This document shows positions 36,951 through 49,511 of a stretch of 64,000 nucleotides of DNA, in pieces. The notes beneath the pieces are model-generated. The model worked only from the letters and a program-made list of their open reading frames with translations, had not been told where the DNA came from and ran no database searches. The position numbers were made by a program, and so were the translations under genes. Source of the stretch: Octopus sinensis (lineage: Eukaryota); assembly GCF_006345805.1 (NCBI RefSeq), contig NC_043000.1:23498001-23562000 (forward strand), read 5' to 3'. The stretch's first letter is position 1. Each line of letters opens with the position of its first letter.

Positions 36951-37993
36951 TATGCATAATTATATATTTTATGATTTAAGTTAGCATGCTTTCAAAATGA
37001 CAAAAGATTGAAGTTAATGTTCCAGATATGAGAGGGTTAATAAAGTTTGTTGATTAGTTATCAGTTACTTTCATGCAACTTCTTGCAAGAAGCAAATTAA
37101 TTCTAAAAATGTTTCCCCAACACAGCATAGCAAGTGAGTTTGCTAATCAAAAACTAATTTTTACTTAACGGCGGTTGATGTCATGCTGAGAGTCAATATC
37201 CACTCATTGATTATGTCGTATCTACATGTGAACTATATCAATAATAGACATGAAAAAAGAAAACAACAAAAAAAAAAAAACAGGAATTGAACAAACAGCC
37301 GAGACATATCATCTACTTCCAAAGTACATCCAACCTTTGTAACCTGATATTCCTTGGGCTTGGACCAATTAAAGACAAGCAAAAGAAGAAAAAAAAACCC
37401 ACCCCTGCTATGGCAGCATTTGTCAAGATTTTATTTAATTCTAAAAGGAATGAAAAGATATTCTGAGAAAAACATAGGGGTTTCTTGATACCAATATCCA
37501 AATAAGATATTGATATCAAGACTATTCTGCTTATTTTTACTTCAGAAATTAGAAAGGTATGTTTACAATTTTGTATTAAATGCATACAATCACATCCAGT
37601 ATTTGAAAACTTGGTGGAGAGATTTGTATTGCTTTTTAGTCCAGATCAATGCTAGCTGATTAGATTTTTATGTTAGTCTTGTGATTCAGTAATACTACAT
37701 TTAGTAACAGATCGGATTTCAGTCACTAACCACTCTTAACAAATGTGTGTTGATGAGTCAAAGACAAGGAATGTTCTAAAGGTAATATCTTCTCAACAAA
37801 CCCAATAATGTTGTAATTCAAGTGTACAGTTCCACTGGGGTATTAGTGAAAGTAAGGAGAGATTTACGCAACTCAAAGCAAAGTCAAAAAGCTATTTTCT
37901 TATTAATGTTACTTCAATGGTAGAGGTCTAAACATGAATGTTGTCCAAAGAACTTTCAGAAGTACCTATTTTATGAAAAGATTTTCACTTATA

Positions 37994-38549
37994 CAGGGTG
38001 GACCAAAATGATCTGACACATTTGGAGGCTTAATAAAAGCACAAAATAAGAAATAATGAAAAGAAAAATTTTATTTTCTGAATGTACATATAATGCCATT
38101 TTATTTCATTAAGTTTTAAAAATTAAATCAGCTAAATGCTTCCCATCATTGTCAACACACTGTTGGAGACGTTCATGAAAGTTATCAATAACTCTATGGA
38201 TCATTTCTTCTGGAATGGTTGCTATTTCTACACAAATTGCACGTTTTAATTCATCAATAGATCGAGGGCGATGACCAGATACTTTTTGATTTTAAATATC
38301 CCCACAAGAAGAAATCACATTTCACCATTCCAGAAGAAATGATCCATAGAGTTATTGATAACTTTTATGAACGTCTCCAACAGTGTGTTGACAATGATGG
38401 GAAGCATTTAGCTGATTTAATTTTTAAAACTTAATGAAATAAAATGGCATTATATGTACATTCAGAAAACAAAATTTTTCTTTGCATTATTTCTTATTTT
38501 GTGCTTTTATTAAGCCTCCAAATGTGTCAGATCATTTTGGTCCACCCTG
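37994..38549. mobile_element. Fold-back Tc1/mariner derivative: two inverted right ends (226-bp arms), TA TSD
   Basis: TA|CAGGGTGGACCAAAATGATCTGACAC...GTGTCAGATCATTTTGGTCCACCCTG|TA; arms 37994-38219 and 38324-38549. The minus strand from about 38320 encodes CDFFLWGYLKSK(fs)VSGHRPRSIDELKRAICVEIATIPEEMIHRVIDNFHERLQQCVDNDGKHLADLIFKT*, a Tc1/mariner transposase C-terminus. Confidence 0.93.
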
Positions 38550-39239
38550 TATAAGGTTTGTGTCAAAGAATTGAGCCAAATAGGAAAAACAATATAATGC
38601 AACAAGAATTGGCAGTTTCCCATGCCAGACTGTGCAAGCCAGATGATGAAGGACTGCGATGGGTGGCAAGACTTGCTCAAAAGATGGCATCACGGAAAAA
38701 CTTGGATATAGAGATGATGAAGATTAACAATTCAAATAAAATTGGTTTGATAAAAATAAGGATTCAATCAATTTTGGAAATAGCAATTTAGGCACACACA
38801 CAAAATATTTGCATGAAATAACTATTGTTCCAGACAGTTTTAACGCGTTCACCATGTTTCTGTTGAAATACAATTCCTTAATTTTGAAAATAATGAAGAA
38901 TTTAGTGAAATGATTGTCATTATTAAAGTGATGTTTGGAACATAAATTGGTTTCAAATTTTGGCACAAGGCCAGCAATTTCAGGGAAGGGAGAAAGTCGA
39001 TTACATCGATCCTGAAAGGGTGAAAGGTAAAGTTGACCATGGCAAAATTTGAACTCAGAACATAACGATAGACGAAATGCTGCTAAGCATTTTGCCCAGC
39101 ATGCTAATGATTCTTCCAACTTGCTGCGTTATTTGGAACACAACATGAAAATTTGATGGAAGTTAATTTAGATCACTTTAAAACAAGGGCAGTCACAGGT
39201 TCATTGCTTACCTAACTTATTGCTCAAAATTAATTGACT

Positions 39240-39655
39240 GAACCAAATCCTATGACCGGCACCCGGCCGTTGCCAGTGCTGCTGGATTGACTCCTGTGCA
39301 GGTGGCAAGTAAAGAAACACTGTTTCGACCCTGTGCTTGAGGAGACCTATCGAGTCAAGTACATCAACATCAAAAATCAATGGAAATTGTAGTTGTGATC
39401 CCTGTGCCGGTGGCACGTAAAAAGCACCAGCTGATCATGGCTGCTGCCAGCCTCTCCTGGCACCTGTGCTAGTGGCACGTAAAAAGCACCCACTACACTC
39501 ACGGAGTGGTTGGCATTAGGAAGGGCATCCAGCTGTAGAAACACTGCCAGATCAGACTGGAGCCTGGCGCAGCCTCCTGGCTTCCCAGACCCCGGTCGAA
39601 CCATCCAACCCATGCTAGCATGGAAAACGGATGTTAAACAATAATGATGATGATT
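39240..39655 (+). mobile_element. Family C element, longest copy in the window (extra 5' sequence)
   Basis: Family C 3' signature plus upstream ...ggagacctatcgagtcaagtacatcaac...gaaattgtagttgtgat. Confidence 0.85.
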
Positions 39656-40814
39656 GTTTGATGTAGATTTCAAAACTCAATAATCCTGGATATTTCTGAC
39701 AAGATTAACACCCAATAAAATAACAAAAACCACACACAACAGAACAAACACTAATATAACAACAAACTAAATGCTGCCCCTTTAAGCAAATATAAGCTTG
39801 TGAGACTAACCTCTAAACATGTAAAAGAGTTATCAGAGCACAGAACTATATTATAATGGATTATCAGAACAGAATTGTATTATATTAAAGGAAAGCTTAT
39901 CTTCCTAAACAGACCAAGTCAACTAAGAAATAGGAGCGGAATCTATTAGAAATAGAAGTAGTATCTATTTTTGATTAGGTGGTGAGTGGAATAATTCATT
40001 TGGTTTCAAAGGATAAGGCAAGGATGGAACATCATCATTTAACATCCGTCTTCCTTGCTGGCATAGGTTGGACAGTTTGACAAGAGCTGGCAAGCCGAAG
40101 GGCTATGCCAAGCTTTATTGTCCGTTTGAACAGCCACTTTCTGTGCTTGCATGGGTCTGATGGAATTTATTGAGATAGGTTTTCTATGGCTGGAAAAATT
40201 CACCATTTCTAAACAAAGCAATACTTTTGCATGGCCAGACATATTTCAAGGACGACTGGAAATGAACGACACTGCTTGTATGATGGTGATACTCATTTAC
40301 AACTATCAAGGCAGGGGGACACTCAAACACACAAACATGTACGATGTGTTTCTTTCAGGTTCTGTCTACCAAATCGACTCACAAGTCTTTGGTTGGCCTG
40401 GGGCTATATTAGAAGTCACTTGTCCAAGGTGCCACACAGTGGGACTGAACCCGAAATCATGTATTTGGGAAGTTAGCATCTCAACCGCACAGCCATGTCT
40501 GCACCCGAACATGTTCCCTATAAAGTAGTAACCCAATAGTTGTTCGCACACACACACACTTCAATATGAAGCTAAGTAATATAACAGTAAGAGGCAGCAG
40601 CATTCATTTTCTAAATGAAATATTATACATAATGAAGTTGCAAACAATTTTTGCATGGAGATCTTTTAACTCTCTTGATACCACACCTGCCTGAGACCAC
40701 CCCTGATTTTCTGCTACCAATTTCCTGTTTTGAAGTGATCTAAATTAATGCCTTCCATCAAAATTTCATGTTAATTTATGTCCCAAACATTACTTTAACC
40801 TTTAAGCATTTCAA

Positions 40815-41044
40815 CTCTTTTACTCTTTACTCTTTTACTTGTTTCAGTCATTTGACTGCGGCCATGCTGGAGCATGACCTTTAGTTGAGCAAGTCGACCC
40901 CAGGACTTATTCTTTGTAAGCCTAGTACTTATTCTATCAGTAACTTTTGTCAAACCACTAAGTTACGGGGATGTAAACACACCAGCATCAGTTGTCAAGC
41001 GATGTTGGGGAGACAAACACAGACACACAAACATATACAGACAC

Positions 41045-41075
<31 letters not shown>

Positions 41076-41225
41076 CACGACGGGCTTCTTTCAGTTTCCG
41101 TCTACCAAATCCACTCACAAGGCTTTGGTCAGCCCGAGACTATAGTAGAAGACACTTGCCCAAGGTGCCACGCAGTGGGACTGAACCCTGAACCATGTGG
41201 CTGGTAAGCAAGCTACTTACCACAC
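40815..41225 (-). mobile_element. Family A SINE
   Basis: (ACTCTTTT)n tail on + and family A body. Confidence 0.9.
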
Positions 41226-42000
41226 CTGGCTAACATATTCTACCTGCTTTATGTTTAAACTGGCCAGAAGTAACCTATCACATCACCCCCATAATATCAT
41301 TCTAAAAATTAACAGTTAACCTCATCAAAATTGCAAAGTTGCAGCTTGTAGATAATCCATGATTAATTCAAAACAATGTGAATAAATAAGCATTGCTTTT
41401 GACAGAACAACGTGAATGGTGAAGAGTTAATAACAACAAAGTTATTTCACTAACTTCTTTATTATTACTTTCAAAATTAACCGAAACATAGACAATATAC
41501 ATCAACAGAAATATGGTAACCAAATGGTGAAATATTATGAACAACTTAAGTAATACACATTCAAGACCACCAAAAGATTATCTTTGTGATATGCCAAGAT
41601 AAATAGCAATGTAAGTCAAACAGAGTAATCTATCTTATCTATTTGATGACTGATAACAAATTAACCATGCTGCTACTATTAATATATATATATTCCCTCA
41701 AATTTACAGCAAGTTCTTTTAGACGTATACTTGATCCATGTTAAGGTACTATATTCTGACATTCTGCATGCTATTACCATAGTCCTTCTTCTTCTTCTTC
41801 TTCTTCTTCTGAGAAATATATTTAGCATGGTTTTCTTTTTTCTGTTTTGTATACATAAGACATTCACAAATGTGACCTAATTACTAATTACTGGGCAAAC
41901 AAGCAGGAGAAAAAAAAGTACTCAATACAGAATACAGTTGTAATTTTAACTCACATAGTTACAATGTGATGACTTACAGAAACATACATGCACGCATATA

Positions 42001-42780
42001 TACTCTTTTACTTGTTTCAGTCATTTGACTGCGGCCATGCTGGAGCACCGCCTTTAATCGAGCAACTCGATCCCGGACTTATTCTTTTGTAAGCCCAGTA
42101 CTTATTCTATCCGTCTCTTTTGCCGAACCGCTAAGTAACAGGGACATAAACACACCAGCATCGGTTGTCAAGCAATGCTAGGGGACAAACACACACACGC
42201 ATATATATACATATATACGATGGGCTTCTTTCAGTTTCCGTCTACCAAATCCACTCACAAGGCTTTGGTCGGCCCGAGGCTATAGTAGAAGACACTTGCC
42301 CAAGGTGCCACGCAGTGGGACTGAACCCGGAACCATGTGGTTGGTAGACAAGCTACTTACCACACAACCACTCCTGCCTATATATATATACACACATATA
42401 CATATATATATATTACTTGTTTCAGTCATTTGACTGCGGCCATGCTGGAGTACTGCCTTTAGTCGAACAAATCGACCCCAGGATTTATTCTTTGTAAGCC
42501 TAGCACTTATTTTATCGGTCTCTTTGACTGAACTGCTGAGTTACAGGGGCATAAACACTGCAACATTGGTTGTCAAGTGATGGTGGGAGGACAAACACAG
42601 ACACACAAATACACACACATATATACAACGGGTTTCTTTCAGTTTCTGTCTACCAAATCCACTCACAAGGCTTTGGTTGGCCTGAGGCTATAGTAGAAGA
42701 CACTTGCCCAAGGTGCCACACAGTGGGACTGAACCTGGAACCATGTGGCTGGGAAGCAAGCTTCTTACCACATAGCCACA
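42001..42780 (-). mobile_element. Two adjacent family A SINEs (about 42001-42380 and 42413-42780)
   Basis: Two complete family A bodies in the same orientation, separated by a (TA/CA)n tract. Confidence 0.9.
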
Positions 42781-43335
42781 TTGTTTTTATGTCCAATTTT
42801 CCATGTTTGGAATGAGTCAGACAGAAGCTGTTGACGCACATTTTCTGCAACTAGATGCTCTTTTTGATGCCAACCGTTTACTGGTTCCCAAGTAAAATAA
42901 TATTTTATTCATGATCATACATGTTTACATGGAAGATTGGAGATGAAGGACACCATTTGTATGATGGTGATGCTTGTTTACAACTATCACATGACATCAA
43001 GATAATAAACACACACACACACACAATATGGGTTTCTTTTAGTTTTGATTTACCAAATCCACTCACAAGGTTTTGGCTGACCTGGGGCTATAGCAGACTG
43101 TGTGATTGGGAACCAAACTTCTTAACTACACAACCAATATGCCAATGCTTGGGAACAGATATTCCATGAGCTAATGAAGTATGATGGCAAATGGACTGAA
43201 TCCACAGACCAGCACTTTCTTTTAACAGAACACTGCCAACAGACGTAGCATGATTTATAAAATCTAATGAAATTATTGCAGCATTGGCATGTGGTGGTGG
43301 TGGGTTCTCTTGTGACTTAAACAAATGAAGGTTCT

Positions 43336-43660
43336 TATTTCTTTATTACCCACAAGAGGCTAAACATAGAGGGGGCAAACAAGGACAGACAAAGGGATTA
43401 AGTTGATTACATTGACTCCAGTGTGTAACTGGTACTTAATTTATCGACCCCGAAAGGATGAAAGGCAAAGTCGACCTCGGTGGAATTTGAACTCAGAATG
43501 TAGCGGCAGACAAAATACCTATTTCTTTACTACCCACAAGGGGCTAAACACAGAGAGGACAAACAAAGACAGACAAACGGATTAAGTTGACTATATCGAT
43601 CCCAGTGCGTAACTGGTACTTATTTAATCGATCCTGAAAGGATGAAAGGCAAAGTCGACT
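43336..43660 (-). mobile_element. Family B SINE dimer (5'-truncated)
   Basis: Junction cagacaaaatacc|tatttctttactacccac at about 43519. Confidence 0.85.
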
Positions 43661-44861
43661 TTTTGGTCTAGGGCAACAAGTACCACATGTAAGAGCACAT
43701 AAACATAATATAAAATAGTGGTTTAAATGACACAGATTGTTGAATAAGAGATGTTTAGTTACAGGTCCAGCACTGAGTGAACAGACCTGGAAAGACATTC
43801 CAGCCATAGCCACCCATCTTTGTCTTGGGTATGGTGCATCTACAACTACACAATTCAAGGTAACCTTTCTTCTCTAAGACAGTAAGGTGCAGTTAGAGAC
43901 TTGGTTGTTATTTCTAGCAGATAGAGTAGCCACAAAGAGGCTCCTTCATTGGCTCATCTTCCACTTGTGGAATCAATGAAGGGAGAATCTAGAATTTATG
44001 GAATGAAATTTTTTAAATAGGAAAATCCCATGATATGAGAGTGAAAGAGAGAGAGAAAGAAACAATGGCAACAATAAAGATTGCACTGACACAAATAACA
44101 GATCTTGAGCTCTCTTTAGTTCTGACTCACCAAGAAAATACACCCATTACACTCAGTAAAATGGTTGGTGACAAGAAGGGCATCTAGTCATAGAAACCAA
44201 GCAGAAGGACACAGCCGTTTTGGCACCATCCATTTGACACCACTAATTTGACACTGACTTATTTGACAACAGATGTTTTAATGCTTCTTTTCTTCTCCCT
44301 TGTTTCTGCATATGTGTGATTTTTTAAATTTCCCACAAGGGGACAACATAGATAAGGGACAATACAATCTGATTGGGGTCAGATGGACGGATGGATATAA
44401 CATAAAGATGACATTAATAATTCACAAAAATATAAATAAATCGAATGATAAGACAGACCGGAAGTTATTACGGATGGAGTGGGAAGGCAGGTTCAATTCG
44501 GACCCCATGAACTCTGCCTCGCCACTGATACCTGATATACGTCCTGCATCACATTCATGAGGTTACATTCACTCACAAAATCCATGCTACATTCTGTATA
44601 TGCATGTGAGCATATTTCTCTATATGTGTATGAAAAGATGGCAAGTATTTATGTCAATCATGTTTCTTTATCCCTTTTTTCTATCCACACGTGCATATTC
44701 CTGCATGTGCATGTGTGTATGTCTGCTTCCAGCACCAAAAAGTACTGTTGCCGAAACAAGCTGAGTGTCCAGTGAGCTATGCCAAATTATCAGCACCCAA
44801 ACAACTGTGCCTAATTGTCTCATTCTGGATGTAAAATGATGATGATATCTATATGAAGTGG

Positions 44862-45272
44862 CCGAGCTGGCAGAAACGTTAGCATGCCGGGTGAAATGCT
44901 TAGTGGTATTTCGTCTGCCGTTACGTTCTGAGTTCAAATTCCACTGAGGTTGACTTTGCCTTTCATCTTTTCGGGGTCGATTAAATAAGTACCAGTTACG
45001 CACTGGGGTCGATATAATCGACTTAATCTGTTTGTCTGTCTTTGTTTGTCCCCTCTGTTTGTAGCCCCTTGTGGGTAGTAAAGAAATAGGTATTTCGTCT
45101 GCCATTAAGTTCTGAGTTCAAATTCTGCCGAGGTCGACTTTGCCTTTCATTGTTTTGGGGTCGATAAATTAAGTACCAGTTACACACTGGCGTCAATGTA
45201 ATTGACTTAATCTGTTTGTCTGTCCTTGTTTGTCCCCTCTGTGTTTAGCCCCTTGTGGGTAGTAAAGAAATA
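44862..45272 (+). mobile_element. Family B SINE dimer enclosed by one perfect 18-bp TSD
   Basis: TSD gatatctatatgaagtgg at 44844-44861 and 45273-45290; junction aaagaaata|ggtatttcgtc at about 45088. Confidence 0.92.
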
Positions 45273-46440
45273 GATATCTATATGAAGTGGTGCCCAGACT
45301 CTTACAGACACAAGTGATGTCCCTCAGAGGTGAGAGTATGTAAGTACACACAGGGGTAGATTATCTCTATCCTGTACCGGAAGTAGATATTTGTTAGACA
45401 TTTTTTTCTTAGAAGGGTGTATTTCTATCTCTCTCTCTCTCTCTGATATAAATATATTACAAAAGTCATAAAATACCAGAATTATCAGGGAATATTCAAG
45501 AGAAATTAGAGATGAAAGAAAATATGTTAGTAATGAAATTAACTTAGCTTGGAACTTCAAATGTTAAATGTTACAGAAACAACACGCTCACATAAATAAG
45601 TAAATAAACAAACAATGCTTCAATTTCGTGGCAGGAATGTAAAGGTTTTTAGCTATGACTGAAGAGACTAGAAATAAATCAGCAGAATTAAGCACTAAAA
45701 TCTACCATTGCTAAGTTTAACAATCTTCAGTAAAATAAAAATATCAAATTTATTTTTAGACAGAATCTACAGACTTTCTCTCTCCAAATGGAGATTCTTA
45801 ATTGAATTAGTTTGAGCATAGATGAAAACAGAAAATAATGATATCTCAATTACACATGAAGCTTCAAGCAAGCAGGCACAGGTAGTCACCCACATCAGGA
45901 TATAAACTCATCCATTATCTATTGCTAACTGTTTCACTGATAAAATTAAATTTTGACAATTTCATGTGTATATATGCATGTATTCAAAATTCTTCCCAAG
46001 ATCTGGGACAGACTCCCAACCAAGCGAAAGATCACTAAGTTAGATAGGCAAGATCATTGACACTAAAATATTGGTTTCTAATTTTGGCACAAGGCCAGCA
46101 ATTTGGCGGAAGGGTGTAAGTTGATTATATTGACACCAGTGCTCAGCTGGCACTTATTTTATCATCCCCCCATCCCCAAAGGATGAAAGACAAAGTTGAC
46201 CTCAGCGGAATTTGAACTCAGAGTATCGCTAAGCATTTTGCCTGGCATGCTAACAGTTTAGAAATATAGCTACACTACAGCGTAGAAAGAGACAAGTGGG
46301 TGCTGCTGTTTAGAGGCTGATGAGTTGGCACAGCTGACTAGATGTTTGGTGACAGCACTGTTTGGTGCTGGAGATAAACAAATGTGTGAGTGTGTGTGCA
46401 TGTGTGCATGCAAAGAAATATTCACATATAGAGAGAATTA

Positions 46441-46650
46441 CAATTTATTAATTGAGCACAATTTGAGATAAACACGTTCTCTCTCCTCAGACACAAAGAG
46501 AGAGAGAGAGATCGCAATTTATTAATCGAGCACAATTGAGAAGAACACTTTCTCTCTCCTCAGACAGAGAGAGGGGGAGAGAGAGAGAGAGATTGCAATT
46601 TATTAATTGAGCACAATTGAGATAAACACTTTCTCTCTCCTCAGACACAA
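46441..46650. repeat. Three-copy tandem minisatellite (units of about 74-81 bp with embedded (GA)n)
   Basis: caatttattaat(t/c)gagcacaatt...ttctctctcctcagaca starts at 46441, 46515 and 46596. Confidence 0.9.
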
Positions 46651-47048
46651 AAAGAGAAATATGCTCACCCACACATAGAGAATGAGAGAGAAAAAAATCT
46701 GCTGTCAAATAAGCAATGCCAAAACTTCATGAATGCTGTCTACAAGTAGGTCTGTCATACACCATTTGCACAGATCATCATCATCACTATCATCATCAAT
46801 TGACATCTGTTTTCTATGCTGGAACGGGTTGGACTGTTTGGCAGGAGTTGGCAAGCCAGAGAGCTGCAACAGGCTCCAGTTGACCATTTGGCAAGGTTTC
46901 TACAGTTGGATGCCCCAAAATACAATGCATGTAAACATAATCATATTCAGAGCTATATATGCCTTAACCCTTGGATGTAGGGTTTGCTGGAGACAGTGTG
47001 AGACGACTGCTGTTATCGTTAGGCCCAACTCACCATAAAGTAAATACC

Positions 47049-47274
47049 TATTTCTTTACTACCCCAAGGGGCTAAACACAGAGGGGACAAACAAGGACAG
47101 ACAAACGGATTAAGTTGATTACATCGACCCCAGTGCATAACTTAATTTATCAACCCCGAAAGGATGAAAGGCAAAGTCAACTTCGGCGGAATTTGAACTC
47201 AGAGCATAACAGCAGAAGAAATACCGCTAAGCATTTCGCCTGGCATGTTAATGCTTCAGCCAGCTCGCCACCTT
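47049..47274 (-). mobile_element. Family B SINE monomer, full length, 16-bp TSD
   Basis: TSD ccataaagtaaatacc at 47033-47048 and 47275-47290; head aaggtggcgagctggc. Confidence 0.92.
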
Positions 47275-47988
47275 CCATAAAGTAAATACCACCATCACTG
47301 ATATCCAAACTACAGTGGAAAAGGTTAGCCACTGGATTTGGTTAAAAAGAGATGATGAGCAATGACTAGAAGAATATTGAGCTTTATTTGATAACCAGTT
47401 GATCTAACAAGCGGGGGCCTCATATCAATGAGGGGGGTGGGCAGTGCTCATTGATGCTGTCAAGAGGTAGGCCCCAAAATGGTGCGCATTTTCTCCTGAC
47501 GACCCCATACATTTGCTGGGTTCTGGTATGTGGAGTTCTCAACTGTTAGCACTTGCATGTGCAAGTTGTTTGCAAAACATCTATTCTTGCTGAAATGCAC
47601 AGCCTTTGTTTAAGTTAACTTTTAAAGTTACAAAGACTTTACTAAGGTAACTGCCATTATTAAGTAGCGTTTGGAACAAATTAACATAAAATTTTGATGA
47701 AAGGTTTATATTCAGACCACTTGAAAACAGAAAGCTTATAACACAGAACTAGGGACAGTCTCAGATGGGTTGACATCAAAAGGGTTAAATGCAAACAAGC
47801 CATACTTGTCCCAAGATGTTTTTAAAAACCAAACTAGCAGTTATACCAGTCAAAGGGACTATTATGTAACTTTTGAAAAAGCTTTGCCATTTACAGGTGA
47901 ATTTTAAAGTCAAAGGAAGAATTAAAACTGAATTAACAAATCCCTACCTCACCCCCAATGTTGTTCTCAAAACTGAACAGAAAACTAA

Positions 47989-48205
47989 TATTTCTTTCTT
48001 TATTGCCCACAGGGGGCTAAACACAGAGGGGACAAACGAAGGGATTAAGTCAATTACATTGACCCCAGTGCGTAACTAGTACTTATTTAATCGACCCCGA
48101 AAGGATGAAAGACAAAGTCGACCTCGGCGGAATTTGAACTCAGAATGTAACGGTAGACAAAATACCACTAAGCATTTTGCCAGGCGTGCTAACGATTCTG
48201 CCAGC
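47989..48205 (-). mobile_element. Family B SINE monomer
   Basis: Family B consensus features. Confidence 0.88.
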
Positions 48206-48369
48206 ATGTATGTGAATGTGTACATGTAATGATGACAATAGTAAAACATTGCGAGCTCAGTTGGACTTTGCAGATGAAGCAATGCCAATCAGGTGGTACT
48301 GTCACTGGCCATGACAATCACTTCACTTGCTTCAACAGGTTTTCGCAAGTGCTGTTTATTGCCCAATGA

Positions 48370-48520
48370 TTGAAGGGTACTCTTAAATAGGCTTGCTGGG
48401 TCTTCTCAAGCACAGCATATCTCCAAAGATCTCGGTCACTTGTCATCACCTCGGTGAGGCCCAACATCCGAAGGTCATACTTCACCACCTCATCCCAGAT
48501 CTTCCTGGGGCTGGGAACCA
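48370..48520 (-). mobile_element. RTE-LINE extreme 3' fragment
   Basis: PRKIWDEVVKYDLRMLGLTEVMTSDRDLWRYAVLEK, a typical RTE C-terminal motif (P.KTW...V..DL...L.......DR..WR). Confidence 0.8.
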
Positions 48521-49271
48521 TGTGACCCTGTATGTATACTTTCTATGTTCTAAGTCAGTTTATATACACCTTATCTCAAATTATTTATTAAAGTTGATAT
48601 TATTGCAATCATGTTGCACACGAACAATACAAGGAGTGTGGTGATAAAACTGTTCTAAAAACAATTAACATTTGTAAGGAAAAAACCCCCACAAAAAGCA
48701 TATAAAAAAATATACTGATAGTTTTAATTATCAGTAGGAATAACAAGTTACAGCCAGTCAGGCTACTTGAGAAATCCTTAGATCCATGTAATAATTTATT
48801 ATTTTAAGGCTTAACAAACAAGCTAATTGTTTTCAATTAATATTGTTTATGTGTTACCAGGCATAAAAGCATTATTGTTATAAGGACTGTAATTGCTGTA
48901 ACTGATTTTAATATATTGCTGAAACTTGCTTTATCAAATCTGGAGAGAGAAACACAAACACACAAAAAAGCAACAAATAATCCTGGGATTAAATTCATAA
49001 TCATCATCAATGATTTAATGTCCACTTTTCCATGCTTGTGTGGGTCAGACGGAATTTTGTTGAGGCAGATTTTCTAAGGCCAGATACACTTCTTGTCACC
49101 AACCCTCACCTGTTTCCAGATAAGGTAATATTTCCCCTGACTAGACCAGCTTTTCATGCAAGACAGGGAACAAACAACACTGCTTGTATAATGGTGATGC
49201 TCATTTACAACCCTCATGTGATATCAACTTAAAGGCATACACACACACACAGCAGGCTACTTTCAATTTCT

Positions 49272-49511
49272 TATTTCTTTATTGCCCACAAGGGGCTAAA
49301 CATAGAGGGGACAAACAAGGATAGACAAAGAGATTAAGTCAATTAGATCGACCCCAGTGTTTCACTGGTACTTAATTTATTGACCACGAAAGGATGAAAG
49401 GCAAAGTCGATCTCGGCGGAATTTGAGCTCAGAACGTAACGGCAGATGAAATACCACTAAAACATTTCGCCCAGCATGCTAATGTTTCTGCCAGCTCGCC
49501 GCCGTACTTTC
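49272..49511 (-). mobile_element. Family B SINE inserted into a decayed family A copy, 16-bp TSD
   Basis: TSD gctactttcaatttct at 49256-49271 and 49512-49527. Confidence 0.88.

Noticed and set aside
37270-37370. Possible minus-strand exon (…EYQVTKVGCTLEVDDMSRLFVQFL…)
   Set aside because: No convincing donor site and no recognised homology; insufficient support.
38558-38791. 77-aa + strand ORF, and a minus-strand FYQTNF motif resembling PRA1 exon 1 (YYQTNY)
   Set aside because: The motif is followed by a stop two codons later, has no PLR/DDF/W.NR context and no suitable donor; the + ORF has no recognisable homology.
46317-46345. CTGATGA followed by a weak hairpin as another hammerhead
   Set aside because: No GAAA after the stem and no helix I or III.
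46441-46650. CRISPR-like repeat-spacer array (also the family C internal repeats)
   Set aside because: Eukaryotic context; the intervening sequences are (GA)n or homologous to one another rather than unique spacers; no cas genes.
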